Source: Eledone cirrhosa (lineage: Eukaryota). From it: a stretch of DNA of 64,000 bases. The DNA lies in NCBI GenBank assembly GCA_964016885.1, contig OZ024742.1, positions 99,634,001 through 99,698,000 on the forward strand. The letters run 5' to 3'. A model generated the notes under the pieces. The model was not told the origin of the DNA, did no database searches, and saw nothing but the letters and a program-made list of their open reading frames with translations. Positions within the stretch are counted from its first letter, which is position 1; every line of letters starts with the position of its first letter. Below are positions 27,533 to 42,439 of this stretch, piece by piece. The position numbers and the translations under genes are program-made.

Positions 27533-28299
27533 ATATATATATATATATATATACATATATATACACATTCATGCGACCATATATACCCGTCATCAAGTTA
27601 TTTGATATCAAATATGTATTTTCGTCTCTCAAGATTATAGTTTTCGGTATTTTGTAGGCAACATTTTGTGATATATAATATGAATAATAACATATATATA
27701 ATTTCATTATATTTATCATTTTTTATAATTGTGGTCGTCCTGGAAGCAGATATGGATGTCATTGCATTGAACAGTTTTTATAACGTGGCGGAGTAATCCC
27801 GCCATCAAATAATTGAAGAAATAAGTCCCCTTGGCTTATGACAGCTATCACGTGACAGCAACTTCAATGTTGAGAGAAGTGTCACCCCCCCACCACCACC
27901 ACCACCACCACCACGAATTTTTTCAGTGTTACCTATATCATCAGTACAGGCAGTGTCACCAGCAACAACAATAGCAATAGCAGCAGCAGCAACAACTGAA
28001 ACACCAAAAGCGAAAACGAACACTACAAAATGACAACAGCAACAACAAAAACACCAACAACGACAGCTATTTGGAAAATAAAGGGAAAACCAGCAGCAGG
28101 TGCCACGGATACAGTGGGAACAGCAGAAAAAGAAACAACAACACCAGCCACAACAACAGCAGCAACAACAACGACAACAGCATGATTAACCACAACAGCA
28201 CATTTGCAACCACGGCTGCAAAATCCCAAGCACCATTTAATCTTGATATTTTAACATTTAATGTTGATAAGAAGCACGTTTGGCGTAGGAAGCTAAACT

Positions 28300-29525
28300 A
28301 ATTAACAAAGAGAAAACCTGCGCCAACCTAAGTGTTCCGGCCGAAGTGACGACATTTCCGGTATAGCTTTCTGACGGCCCATTTCTGGGTGAGATGGCCA
28401 ACTTACCCGTTAGCGCGCCCCAGTTCTTATCCGCCTAGAGGTCTGGTCAAAACCAGACCCCAAGCATCTTCATATGTCCGTCCGTCAATCGTCCGACGAT
28501 GCTGTTGAACGGCATGGATATTATTCTACAGGTTGCGAGTTGCAAGCCCACCGATGTTCCTGATTCCGTTCAGCTCCGGCCAACTTGTCGTTTTCCTCTA
28601 AGTAGATCCCTTCACCCCTGTTTCCGAGTTGTCCGACACAGTCATGGTGAAGTTGTCGGTATATGTCAACGTAACCCTTCCACGTCCCGGTTCAAGTGGG
28701 ATGCCCTGCAACAGCTCACGCTTCCGCAGTAAAGGCTCGATAGTCAATACATACAGAAGAGTCAAGAACAGACGGAGACTGTACGCATGGCTTCAGAAAT
28801 GGTTCCAGGCGCTCACTACCTTCAAACATCGGGCAATGTGGTGGGTAGAAATTCTAGTCTAGAGTCCTGTAGAGGATTACTGGTGGCCAAGTGTGACGAC
28901 GCTCTTGGAGAGGCTCTGGACGTCGAAGAAATCAAACTGACCAGTCTGTTTGGTAAGACTTTCAAGTTGGGCTCTATGGAAAAATTCCAGAAATTCTAGG
29001 AATGTTACCGGTGGGTGGAACTGACGGTTCAAGATAAACTCTACAGGTATGTGTGTGCGGTCAGATGGACTGGTTGAGATGCACTCAGAGCGAAGAAACC
29101 TTCTGTCCGCACTCTTCCAGTGTCCGTGCATTGCTGTCTTAGGGAGATCTGTCGGACAGTTTTTATCACGCGTAGTACGGATCCGGCTATCGACCGAGAC
29201 AATCGTGAAGCTGGCCTCGCCACCTTCTTTTGGTCAGGAAGAGCTGGCAGCTTTCGTCTGACTGGTGTCTGTAGCGAAAACTATTGTGGTGGATGTGGCA
29301 GAAAGAACAATCCCTCATCAAATTTTTCTAGTTCCTCTTGGAAAGGAAGGTGAGAAATGGGAGGGAAGTACTGCCCCCAGTACATTTGTTGAAAGGTGGG
29401 TAAATGTAACAAGAATGGGCCGTGTGAATAGGCCAAATCTCACCATGCGCCTGTACGCTGGCTGGTTTGCTCTTGGAGAGTATGGTGACTTAAGGTTGGT
29501 GGTCCTTACCCCTATTGGGGTCGTT
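28300..29525 (+). mobile_element. Degenerate Tx1/L1-like 3' region
   Basis: Similar to the reverse complement of 15040-15700; ALFQCPCI zinc-finger region; VAKTIVV. Confidence 0.75.
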
Positions 29526-30180
29526 CATTAGTTAATTTATGCTCAGCTTCAATTATCCCTTTCTCATCTTTATTATCCTCTTTTACAATCCTAGGTAGAT
29601 TTGACCAAAATTGTGTGGATTCTTCACTTGCTAAACGATTTCTCTCTAGACACCGAAAATTAAAGGGCGGGTTAATGAATCCGGAATCATTAAACAGATC
29701 TCTCAATCTTTTGATGATCATTCTTGTTTACTCTTTAACATCATTTTAGTTGTCATGCAGACTTTCAATGTCCATATCACCAGACATTTAATTTTCCACT
29801 CTGTCCACATTTGCTGGTTTATCATTTTCTCCTTTATCAATATTTTGCTAGGCTACTTCTTTCTCAGTTGATTCATTTTCAATATAAACTCTCATTCCCT
29901 CTGACTACATATGCATCATCTACGTTGCCTTCGTTCGGCGCCAAGACGGAACGGCTAGGGCAACGCAAAGCCGGCAAAGGGTGGGGGTGAGGTCACCCTA
30001 AACATATCTTCTCAGCATCACTTTGCCTAACGTCAATTAATAGGTCCTCGAGTAAAAACTTTACTGAGATTACCCTATCATTCTTCCGGGATCGAGAAAT
30101 AAATAACCAGCTAAGTACTGGGTCGATTGAATCGGCTTCCCCTCCCCCACAAATTTGTGGCCTAAATTGGAAAATATTAT

Positions 30181-30556
30181 TTGGCAGTATCGGTAAGGGT
30201 CGGACGCCATGCTTTGAAGCATAGAGTTACCTCCCTTTATGATCTGAGTTCAAATCCTGCCGAGGTTAACTTTGACTTTCATCCTTACGGGGTCGATAAA
30301 ATAAAGTACCAGTAATGCACTGGGATAATTGCTGGTCTTGTGCCAAAAGTAGAAACAATTATTAACTAGCTAAAAGGCAGTGGATTGGCAGTATCGGTAG
30401 AGAGTCGAACGCCATGCTTTCCAGCATAGTTACGTCCCTTTACGATCTGAGTTCAAATCCCGCCGAGGTTCACTTTGCCTTTCATCCTTACGGGGTCGAT
30501 AAAATAAAGTACCAGTAATGCACTGGGTATTTGCTGGCCTTGTGCCAAAAGTAGAG
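30181..30556 (+). mobile_element. Two head-to-tail tRNA-derived SINE copies (30181-30362, 30378-30556)
   Basis: Both carry the B-box GAGTTCAAATCC and the central domain. Confidence 0.88.
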
Positions 30557-31134
30557 ACTGGTTTTAACTGGGGTTTATCTTCTGTCTAAACGTTAGATGT
30601 TTCAATGTCAGATAAACCTGTCTAAAAGCAGATAAAGGCGATTTTACAATGTCTTGTTCGCATAATATTCTGCATATATTTTCAAAACTATTTTCAACCA
30701 TTCTTTATATAATTCCTTTCACAGATTAAATACAGAATTCTCACGTATTTTAATGTTCTCTTTAAATAAGTATTATTTTTTCACACATCTCCAGTAAATG
30801 TAGAATACATAGAAAGTTTAACACAGCAACGATTTCGCTATACATGGATTATTTATCACAGAATTAAAACCGTGATAATAACTCTAGAAATATGTCTATT
30901 GATTAACACAATAACGGTAAACGCTTTGTGGATTAGCTGTTTTAATATTTGCTAGTAAGCAGCTGACAGCCATCTACAAAACATTTCATAGCAGTCCATT
31001 ATAATAGCGCATTCCCTCTTATTTCACGTCTATATCCTTTTGTAAATATCAACAAAGAAATATTTAAAGCTTGCTGAACACAAACCGAAACCACATATAT
31101 TTGTTTGTATATATGTATTCATATATATACATGT

Positions 31135-31242
<108 letters not shown>

Positions 31243-31254
31243 CCATATATACAC

Positions 31255-31290
<36 letters not shown>

Positions 31291-31307
31291 ATATATATCT
31301 ATATATT

Positions 31308-31363
<56 letters not shown>

Positions 31364-31387
31364 CAATATGACCCTCCACAAATGTAG

Positions 31388-31450
<63 letters not shown>

Positions 31451-31531
31451 AAAGTTCTATTTAAAATTGTTGGGATACAACAAGTAAATATTTTATAACT
31501 GATATAAAGCACTCGACAAGTTTTGGAGTAG

Positions 31532-31899
31532 ATATACGATATTAAATAAATGGAAACTATATTTATAAAACCATATTTATTTCATTATACATATTTCATG
31601 GATACCAAATTAAAATATGGTATGCCTTCATCAGACAAAATACAATATATAAACAGTTTTATAAATAATTTTGACGTACCCTATTAAATGCAACCATTAT
31701 TTTTGGAAGCTGTCTGGACAGCTCCCAAAAATAATGGTTGCATTTAATAGGGTACGTTAAAATTATTTATAAAACTGTTTATATATTGTATTTTGTCTGA
31801 TGAAGGCATACCATATTTTAATTTGGTATCCATGAAATATGTATAATGAAATAAATATGGTTTTATAAATATAGTTTCCATTTATTTAATATCGTATAT
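31532..31899. repeat. 368-bp near-perfect palindrome with mirrored hammerheads (31790-31852 +, 31579-31641 -)
   Basis: Centre AGCTGTC-TG-GACAGCT at 31715/6; HHR ATTTTGT-CTGATGA-AGGCATACCA...TGGTATCCAT-GAAA-TATGTA-TA-ATGAAAT. Confidence 0.9.
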
Positions 31900-32432
31900 A
31901 TATATATACATTGCTATATTTGCGGAGGGTCATATCATATTGTTATAATATTGCCAGAAATATATAATAAAATACACTCACTGTTTGGTTTGGTTTTATT
32001 TATAGATATATAAAGATGTAATTGGATTTACTAAAAATGTTACTAAGATTACATTTACTATTATATGTAACTTTGCTTGCTTTTATTATTCTACTTTGTT
32101 TTGCTACATTAAGTTTTACATAACAACGAAGGAACTAAAAAGAAAATAATTATTTTGTGGAGATTGAACTCTTTATACCCCAAGGCATTTACCATTTACA
32201 GTTATATAACCAGCATTTCTACCATTTAACCACTGAGACACAATTCTGTCTTTTAAAGTAATATTGCAAATATTTACCTTTGAATTCTTTATAGACTAAC
32301 TTTTCTTATACTTACGTATGGATTTGCTCAGATATATTATATCCTTTGATACCGGGTTCGGTTATTCTATCAATTATCAAAGGCTTATTTTGGTGTTATC
32401 TATTTATTTTCATATTTTGCTAAAATAACTAA

Positions 32433-32478
<46 letters not shown>

Positions 32479-32712
32479 CAAAGGAATTATGGTAAGGAAC
32501 CAGATGGACCATAACGCACCAGAGTACTCAATACTTAGGGTAGTAGAGTGGGAAATAGGAAAAAGGAAAAAGTATGACCCCGACGGCAGAGCTCAAGCCG
32601 TTTCGACGGCTATTTCTGGACTCTGTCTATATATATATATAGAGAGAGATAGATAGATAGATGTATGTGCCTGTATGTGTGTGTGTGTGAGGAGGGAGCG
32701 TGTGTCTTTGAA

Positions 32713-32753
<41 letters not shown>

Positions 32754-32965
32754 ATGTGTTCCTAACTATTCGCAAACTCATATCAATTATACACGATCTT
32801 AACCTCGTATTTCATCGTTACCTTTCGACTGGGGTCCAGATTCGTTGAAAACATCAACAACAACAAAAGGAGAAATTACTTTTATTTCCAATCCGAGACG
32901 GGTGTACTTGTAAGAATTTACCAATTCAACAACACATTGTGTAGCTGACAATAGGGACGGTGAAA

Positions 32966-33555
32966 CCGATACTGCCAATCCACCGCCCGTATCGGTAGAG
33001 GGTCGGACGCCATGCTTTGACGCATAGAGTTACGGCCCTTGCCATTCTGAGTTCAAATCCCGCCGAGGTTAACTTTGCCTTTCATCCTTACGGGGTCGAT
33101 AAAATAAAGTACCAGTAATACACTGGGTATTTGCTGGCCTTGTGCCAAAAAGTAGAAACAATTATCTTGCTCACAATATAACTTTTAGAAACTATAAGAA
33201 AAGGAAAATATATACATAATTCTAACAGGGCCGGATTTAGACTATGTGGTCCCTGGACACTACTGGCCCGATAAAGCATATCCCCACCTCTTATACAAGC
33301 ACCTTATGCCTATATAAAAAAAACATTATGTAAAATCTCCCCATTTTGCTTCAATTCTCCCATCTTGAGGTGAAATGGGGAGATTTTACATAATTGTTTC
33401 TATAACCCAGCACATTACTGGTACTTTATTTTATCGACCCCGTAAGGATGAAAGGCAAAGTTAACCTCGGCGGGATTTGAACTCAGAATGGCAAGGGCCG
33501 TAACTCTATCCGTCAAAGCATGGCGTCCGACCCTCTACCGATACTGCCAATCCAC
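32966..33555. mobile_element. Two tRNA-derived SINEs in opposite orientation (32990-33163 +, 33406-33555 -) around a hAT-like end and a hairpin
   Basis: SINE consensus on both strands; CAGGGCCGGATTTAG at 33226; inverted repeat at 33323-33397. Confidence 0.8.
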
Positions 33556-34030
33556 AACCCGAGGGGGGGGGGGGGAATTTACAAAATGAAAGCTATACAG
33601 TTTTCACAAAAGAAGACATCTCTCACTCACCCCAAAGTGGGTGGGAGATCTCCGCGTCGGAAGGAGATGGTTGATACGTCTGTTTATTGATTACTGAATT
33701 GACAAAGGCAATGTCAAAATCGAAGTGATTTGAACCCAGAGTGCACAAAGCCGGAATAAAAACTGCAAATCATTCATCACAATTTCTAATTCAGTTGGTC
33801 GCACCCTCGCACAACTTACATACAAACTATACCACACATACACACATACACATACACGCACACGCATACATACATACATACATACATACATACATACATA
33901 CATACATACATACATACATACATACATACATGCATGCGCGGCTAATCAGACACATTTATTTCAAATATTTTATATTCAGTATAAAAAATTATATGGCGTA
34001 TCAATTACTTTTGCTTAAGTAAACACAACT

Positions 34031-34106
<76 letters not shown>

Positions 34107-34341
34107 TATAATCTTCAAATATATATCATTCTTAGATCTGTCGCAACCTTCCCCCAATGTTACAGTTATTAGAAGAAATTTTGTAACTGTATTGCATTAC
34201 CATGATAGAGATATGTGGTCTAAAAATGTGTTTTAATCACTATATTTATCACAGGAGCTGACAGAACAGATATCATAGATAGATAATATGTTTTTGTGCC
34301 CTACTCTCTCCTTCTCTGTGTGTATATATTTATATATACAT

Positions 34342-34389
<48 letters not shown>

Positions 34390-34524
34390 CCACACGCACA
34401 CACACACACACACACCCTTACATACACATAAATGTGTACATACCTGCATACATAGGTGCATGCATATATATATCAGTATTTGTGTTTGTATGCCTCTAAC
34501 TCATTCTCACTCTCTCTCTCTCTC

Positions 34525-34606
<82 letters not shown>

Positions 34607-36041
34607 TTATCTATCTCTCACTCTCTCTCTATATATATATGTGTGTGTGTGTGTATGTGTGTGTGTGTAAGTATATATATAAAGATGTGCGTAAGTGGAG
34701 AATACACCATTTTCTAGTATAAATTTCTACCTTTATAGTATTGTAAGCCTAGAAGAAGATAGTTTTCGATATTTAAAACTACCTAAAATTCTGTGTTAGA
34801 ATTGTTAAAGGGGACTCAGTGCATATTCTTTGTCTAGATATGTAGTTTAGTTTTGGTAATGCTCAGCTGGATCACCTCTTCTGTATGTGTGTATGCGCAC
34901 ACTTTTACGTCTCAATATATACAAAATATATTGATATCGCTTTCTTTATTGTTGATCAGCACAGGGTCAACACTGTCTGATTAGATTTATCATGAAGGCC
35001 GTTCCAGCCATAACCAGCTACACTCCTCTCGACTAATGAGTAAAATAATGTGTTAGCGTGTAGCAATTGGGTGTTATAACATTAATGCTTTTGTGAGTAT
35101 CATTTACATAAATAAAGTTATTTTGGTAAACCTGGAAATTGAAGCCTTGTTTGCAAGAGTGTGGCTGCGATAAAAGAACTAAATATTTGCCCTCGATTCA
35201 ATGAAAGAAAACATTATTTTTCGGTCCGAAGAATCTACATGTTTCGAGAATGATTGGTAAATCTCTTATTGAACTGGATATATCTCCAACCTCAGAGATT
35301 CTCCTGTAAATTAATGACTCACTCATGAAGTCCATCCCCAGAACATACTTTGAGGTAGTTAACCTAGGCAGCTAAGAGTTCTCCACCTGTTCTTAGAACA
35401 GATCTCCACCATCTACTGGTACACTTCTCTCTTCCTTTCATGTAACACATTCATCCACTACTCCCAAGTAACAAAAGGAAACAAGTATTTCAAATATTTC
35501 TTCTAGAAAATCCTTGTATAATCAGACAATTGAGTATCATAATAGCACAAATATATATTGGAAAAATGCAATTCTCTAAACGCTATGTTTACCCTCACAC
35601 ACGCACTCTCAAATTACACTTATTTAACTTTATTTGTGTCATTGTCTCAATAACCGTGTCTTTAAAAGCCTGTCTATTTATTTGTCCTCACTTTAATTCT
35701 CTTTCTCTTTATATCTCTAAACTTTAATCTGTTATTTAATAAATATATATATATATATATATATGAAAAGAGTCAGGACCCCGATGGCTGAGCTCCGGCC
35801 GTTTCGACAGCTATACATGTATATAAATATATGTATATAGAGAGAAGGGGAACTGTGATAGATTCTATTCTCTCCAGGTTCATATGCATCTCCCTCTAAC
35901 TCTCTCTCTCCCTGTTTGCCTTTATATCTCTTTATCTATCCCACCTTTTCTCTCCTATCCGTTTATGTGTTTCTCTCCGTTCTATATTATCTCAGTTTAT
36001 CTCTCCTTTCCCTTCTCTCACTTCGTTATTTTGCTTTTTCT

Positions 36042-36146
36042 CCGCCGAGGTTAACTTTGCCTTTCATCCTTACGGGGTAGATAAAATAACGTACCAGTAA
36101 TGCACTGGGTAATTGCTGGCCTTGTGCCAAAACGTAGAAACAGTTA
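36042..36146 (+). mobile_element. 5'-truncated SINE
   Basis: Central and 3' parts of the SINE consensus. Confidence 0.8.
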
Positions 36147-36598
36147 TTTTGCTTTTTCTCTATCTCTGTGTCTGTCTCTCTATAACTATAGCACAATCTT
36201 CCCTCTATCTCTCTCGTATTTCACTCTCAAACACACACACACAAACACACACATACACACAAGCACACACACACACAAGCACAAGCGCACACAAATATAT
36301 ATACACACACAAACGCGCGCGCAATATTTTTCTCTATCTCATCTACTATTCTTTACTTAACAATGCACGTACACAGACAAACGCTTCTAATAGTTGGGTT
36401 TAAAGTTGTCCCCTTCTCGCACTCTCCCCATCCATGCTCCTGCGCCCGCCAGCCTAGACTTAGCATCAATGACGTTTGACAGCAAGTGAGGCCGGAAATA
36501 AGCGGGTCTGTCATAATGTTATTACACTGAAGGAGACACAATTCTGGTGTACTGCACGTTAGAAAAGACTTGATAGCAGCTAATTATTGCATCTGATC

Positions 36599-36662
<64 letters not shown>

Positions 36663-36833
36663 CCTTCTTTTTTCTCTCTCTTTTTCTCTCTCCCTCTTCC
36701 TCGCTTTCTCTCTGTCCCAGGTTCAAAAGTTTCTCTCTCTTTCCTCGAAACCATATACAAGACGTTGCCTACATTCTCATCAATTATATATTCGCACACA
36801 TATACATGCATTTATGTACATGTTTATGTATAC

Positions 36834-36933
<100 letters not shown>

Positions 36934-37168
36934 GTGTGTGTATGTATGAGTGTGTATTATATACGTATTATATATATGTTCAATTGAAAATGGGGAATAA
37001 AATGTAACAACAGTTAGGTAAGGTACTCAATATATAGGAAATACGTGTTTATATGTTTACATCACATACAAATAAATGATACAGGACTAGAACTTCGAAA
37101 TCATCAAGTAAGTCTTGAAAATTTCAAACGAATGAAACCTTTCTAGACATGTAAAAGTCATTTCTATA

Positions 37169-37601
<433 letters not shown>

Positions 37602-37656
37602 CTTTCACTCGTGTAGGACACCTCGGTTATTTTTCATTTTGTAAAAAAAAACTCAC

Positions 37657-37799
<143 letters not shown>

Positions 37800-38049
37800 T
37801 ACATATATATACATATATATATATATATACATATATATACATATATATATACATATATATACATATTTATATACATATATATACATATATATATACATAT
37901 ATACACATATGAAGAATTAATAAATTAAATAATTAGACCAATATATCATAAATCATGTCCTTAGAATTGATTTTTTTATATAGCTAATTATGCTAATTGG
38001 GAGAGGAAATGGTATATATTTTATCTACTGATTCTAAGGACATGATTTA

Positions 38050-38109
<60 letters not shown>

Positions 38110-38117
<8 letters not shown>

Positions 38118-38330
38118 TAAATAACAGATTAAAGTTTGAGCAAAGAATCGCTGCTTTCACCCTTAACGGGATCTTCTGAAGATCCCGTTAAGGGTGAAAG
38201 CAGCGATTCTTTGCTTAAACTTTAATCTGTTATTTAATAAATATTTGCTCTACGGTTCTTATATATTTGATATATATTTTCCTTATCGAGCCCTCTTTGG
38301 ATTTTAGTCTTCAATTTTATTATTATTACT
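38110..38330 (+). mobile_element. Fold-back element (135-bp palindrome + tail) with hammerhead-like core at the fold point
   Basis: Centre 38177; CTGAAGA-TCCC gttaa GGGT-GAAA-GCA...TGCTT; family fragments at 35718, 49352, 49463, 52907. Confidence 0.7.
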
Positions 38331-38434
38331 ATATATATATATATATATATAAGTTTTAATCTAAAACTTTTATACTCTGCTATGTATTGAGTACCTTACT
38401 TACTGTGGTTACCTCCGATTCAACCTGGAATAAC

Positions 38435-38496
<62 letters not shown>

Positions 38497-38867
38497 TCTG
38501 GCCGGTAGATAGTATCAGCAATGGAAAAACGAATGGAAACATTGTTTCGTTGGTTTGACCTGACGAGGTCCATCCCACTTTGTGGGCACATGTCATCTGG
38601 GATCTTGTCGATCGCCTTCCTTCTTTCCTATACATATGGGCGGAAAACCGTGGCCATTAACAACTACGGAGAATCAGATATCACTTAGTTCCATAGGTTA
38701 GAGCAGTTCGTAGTATCTAAAAGATAAGCTGAGCAATTCTCCGTACCGGATGTTGGCCACTTTTTTTCTATCCAAAAGGTATTTTATCCGATTTGCTGAG
38801 CTATTATTTCAGGCAATCTGTATTTGCAGTAATTTCTGCGTCAAAATTATATATATATATATATATA

Positions 38868-39935
38868 TAAATTAGAATTGGAGCTCTGAAATAGCAATAT
38901 ATATATATGGATGTATATATAATGTATTTTGCAATACACTTTATGCTTAATTAAAAGCATTTTGAAGACCGTATGCTATTGTTTTAGAGTAGTGACAAAT
39001 TCACTTACTTTAATCTCAGCAAACAGTGGAGATAAGCCGACAAGACCTTGTTTCGCATTTATTGATGCTTATCAAGGCTAACTACTCCCTCTTGTCTGCC
39101 GAGATCACTGATGTTATATTCTTATAGAATTCTAGTAAATAATCAGGAACTGATTATACAGAGCGGTTGTTGGTCAGGCAGAAATTAAAAATTAGAATTG
39201 GAGCTCTGAAATAGCAATATATATATATGGATGTATATATAATGTATTTTGCAATACACTTTATGCTTAATTAAAAGCATTTTGAAGACCGTATGCTATT
39301 GTTTTAGAGTAGTGACAAAGGAAATATTTTTCAGCTCAAGTGTTTCACTAGTATCAGATGGTTGAAAACAGGCGTTTAATGTACTGGTGGTTGATATATA
39401 ATCTGGACCGTGTGTTCTGTTTCAGGTGGGTATCAACAATTCATTTTTCATCCGTTACTTGCGAATTAACTGGCTTCATTTAGGTTTTCTTTTCTATTTC
39501 AATTCTTCCCTTAGAATGAAATTTTCTTTTTTTTTTCTTTTTGTAAATGTTGCAGATGGTGATTCTGTAAATGTAGCTATTACTATATACAAAATCCGCC
39601 AAGATAATATATGAATATGATAATGACCATACATAGCTAAATATATATATGTTGCGTTCCTCTTACTTGTACATTTTAAAGTGGATTTATGATTTGCATA
39701 TAATTTTTTGAAAGTGTCTTTATACATTTTGGAAGTACGGTTTTGTAAATTGTAGAAGTTAAACGAAAGGAAATGGACGCTTGGTTTGTGAATTATCGCT
39801 TCTGGATTACATTTTCAAATGTTGAGACATATCTCGACAACTTGACAAATTTGTAATTCACGCTAATTGTAATCCCACTTAGATATATGTCTAATTGGGT
39901 GAATGTCGAAGATTGCTATGATCTTACTGGAAATC
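38868..39935 (-). mobile_element. PLE 3' portion: GIY-YIG remnant + direct pLTR-like repeats + hammerhead
   Basis: TFKKLYANHKSTLKCTSKRNAT (39494-39727); 131-bp direct repeats at 38868 and 39188 (period 320). Confidence 0.8.
39035..39079 (-). ncRNA. Type I hammerhead, U3-A8 variant, GUC site
   Basis: Minus strand AGCC-TTGATAA-GCAT caataa ATGC-GAAA-CAAG gt CTTG-TC-GGCT. Confidence 0.88.
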
Positions 39936-39983
39936 TATAAATGCAGCTGAAAGTCACCTTAATAATATTGAACGTTTTTATAA

Positions 39984-40087
<104 letters not shown>

Positions 40088-40122
40088 AGAATATACATGT
40101 ATATATATATATATAATATATA

Positions 40123-40318
40123 TAGGAAAATGTTTAACCCCGACGGCAGAGCTCAAGCCGTTTCGACTGCTATTTCTGGACTAAGAAACGGCTCGAAATG
40201 GATTGAGCTCTGCAGTCGGGGTTAAACATTTTCCTATTACCCAGTCTACTACCCTAATTATTGAGTACTCTGGTGCGTTATGGTCCACCTGGTTCGGTAC
40301 CACAGTTCCCTCGTTATA
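40123..40318 (+). mobile_element. Short (TA)n-inserted element with inverted 5' copy and hammerhead 3' half
   Basis: GAAA-CGGC...GCCG-TC-GGGG family; relatives at 19115-19247 (+), 23851-23967 (+), 32476-32625 (-), 35764-35812 (-). Confidence 0.75.
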
Positions 40319-40355
40319 TATATATTATATATATATGTGTGTGTGTGTATGTGTG

Positions 40356-40409
<54 letters not shown>

Positions 40410-41128
40410 ATGGGATGTGTAGTCGTTTTATTTGCGAGCGGTTCAGAGCACCGTTAAGTAAGTGAGGTAGGAGGGAGAAAGGATGGAGTGAGAGGGATAG
40501 ACGTGAAGTACGAAGAATGAGCTGAGGAGAGATGAAAGAAAGAAATTGGAACTAACAAACGAAATAAAACTTATTTAAAACGGTATAGTTTTGTATTTTA
40601 TTGTTCGTTTAGATCAAAGGTTCTCAACCCATTTTGGCCAAACGCCCCCTTTTGCCCCTCGAAATCACGAAACGCCTCCTACCGTATTTTTCCATTTTTC
40701 AATATACTACTGATTTTGATATCAGTAGATTACTGGGCCAAATCAAGTTATCTTAGATTCTTTAAAAAATACTCGTACGAATTAAGTTTCAGTCCAAAAC
40801 AAAAGCAAGCTATTTCAAATTATATATTTTTGAAATAAAAAAAAACGTTTGATCTCAGTCGAAAAAGCTTCTTTTTTTTAAATTCTATATTTCACTGTTA
40901 GCTGTTGTAATATTTTGAGTGGATAGACAATTGAAACTGCAAAGTCAAAATACAAAAGATGCAAAATATGAAGAATTTCTTACCTTTCTCTGAAATCACA
41001 AACTCAGGGGAAAAATAGTACCTTACAAAATAATATACATCGTAGCAAAATAAGTAGTAAGGAATGAATTGAGAAGCTTGGTGACTGAGAAAGCAATATT
41101 TTTATCCCTTATATATAAACATAGATAG

Positions 41129-41161
<33 letters not shown>

Positions 41162-41170
41162 CACACACAC

Positions 41171-41243
<73 letters not shown>

Positions 41244-41359
41244 CACACACACAAACTTGTGTGTGTGTGTGTGCCTTGGTACAGAAAGAATTTTGTCTAC
41301 AGTTTTTTTATTGCCAGGTCAAAGGCCACAGCTCTTTTCAACAACGCCAAATAACAACG

Positions 41360-41421
<62 letters not shown>

Positions 41422-41509
41422 ATGTAGGAGGTGAGTTTTATTGTAGTACAATAAAGCAATGCAGATATCGGATAAGAAGCACTCTACAGTTTGTAGGACT
41501 GGAGTATAC

Positions 41510-41827
41510 ATAATATATAAGAACAAAAGATGGTTAAAAGAGTTTCATGTATTTTATTATGCGCATTTCAAAAACAAATATCATCATGCAATAATATTTG
41601 TGTTTTCATCAGATAAAACAGGAAAACATGATATGAAGGTTAAAAAACACTTGTGGATAGTTCAGTTATGCTGATTTAAAACTGAACTATCCACAAGTGT
41701 TTTTTAACCTTCATATCATGTCTTCCTGTTTTATCTGATGAAAACACAAATATTATTCCATGATGATATTTGTTTTTGAAATGCGCATAATAAAATACAT
41801 GGAACTCTTTTAACCATCTTTTGTTCT

Positions 41828-41837
<10 letters not shown>
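41510..41837. repeat. 328-bp palindrome with mirrored hammerheads (41729-41795 +, 41552-41618 -)
   Basis: TTTTAT-CTGATGA-AAACACAAATATTAT...ATGATATTTGTTTTT-GAAA-TGCGCA-TA-ATAAAA; spacer about 12 nt at about 41673. Confidence 0.92.
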
Positions 41838-41903
<66 letters not shown>

Positions 41904-41991
41904 TAAGAGAGAAAGAGGGAGGGACAGAGAGAGTAAGAAATGTGTGTGTGTTTGGTACACGTCTATCTATCTATCTATCTATTTATCTCCA

Positions 41992-42395
41992 ACAGGGGGC
42001 TCACACATGCGGCCTGCGAACTACTTATCTGTGGCCCGTGGTAGAACCAATATTTCATATCGCATTATAACTGGTGAAAATAAGGCGGCGAGTTGGTGGA
42101 ATCGTTAGCGCATCTAGCGAAATGCTGAACGGTACTTTTTACGTTCTGAGTTCAAATTCTGCCGATCTCAACTTTGCCTTACATCCTTTTGGTATCGAGG
42201 AATTAAGTACCAGTTGTGTACTAGGATCGATGCAATGGACTGAACCCTAAACCCCAAATTTCATGCCTTGTTCCTATAGTAGAAATGATTATAACTGGTG
42301 AAAATTTCACCTACCACCACTGTGGCCCACTGGCCCACTGTGCCTCTCCTCCTGGACGTAATAGCCCTTTTGTGTCCTTGAGTTTGAGACTTCTC
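41992..42395. mobile_element. hAT-type MITE containing a SINE (42082-42287) with 18-bp TSD
   Basis: Ends CAGGGGGCTCACAC and GTTTGAGACTTCTC; ATTATAACTGGTGAAAAT at 42064 and 42288. Confidence 0.75.
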
Positions 42396-42439
42396 TTCTA
42401 CACACACACACACACGCACACACACACATATATTTTACT

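Noticed and set aside
29512-29721. 69-aa protein-like ORF
   Set aside because: No recognisable domain or splice context; probably a retroelement remnant
32343-32385. Possible U3-A8 hammerhead on the minus strand
   Set aside because: Stem II does not pair and GAAA is mutated
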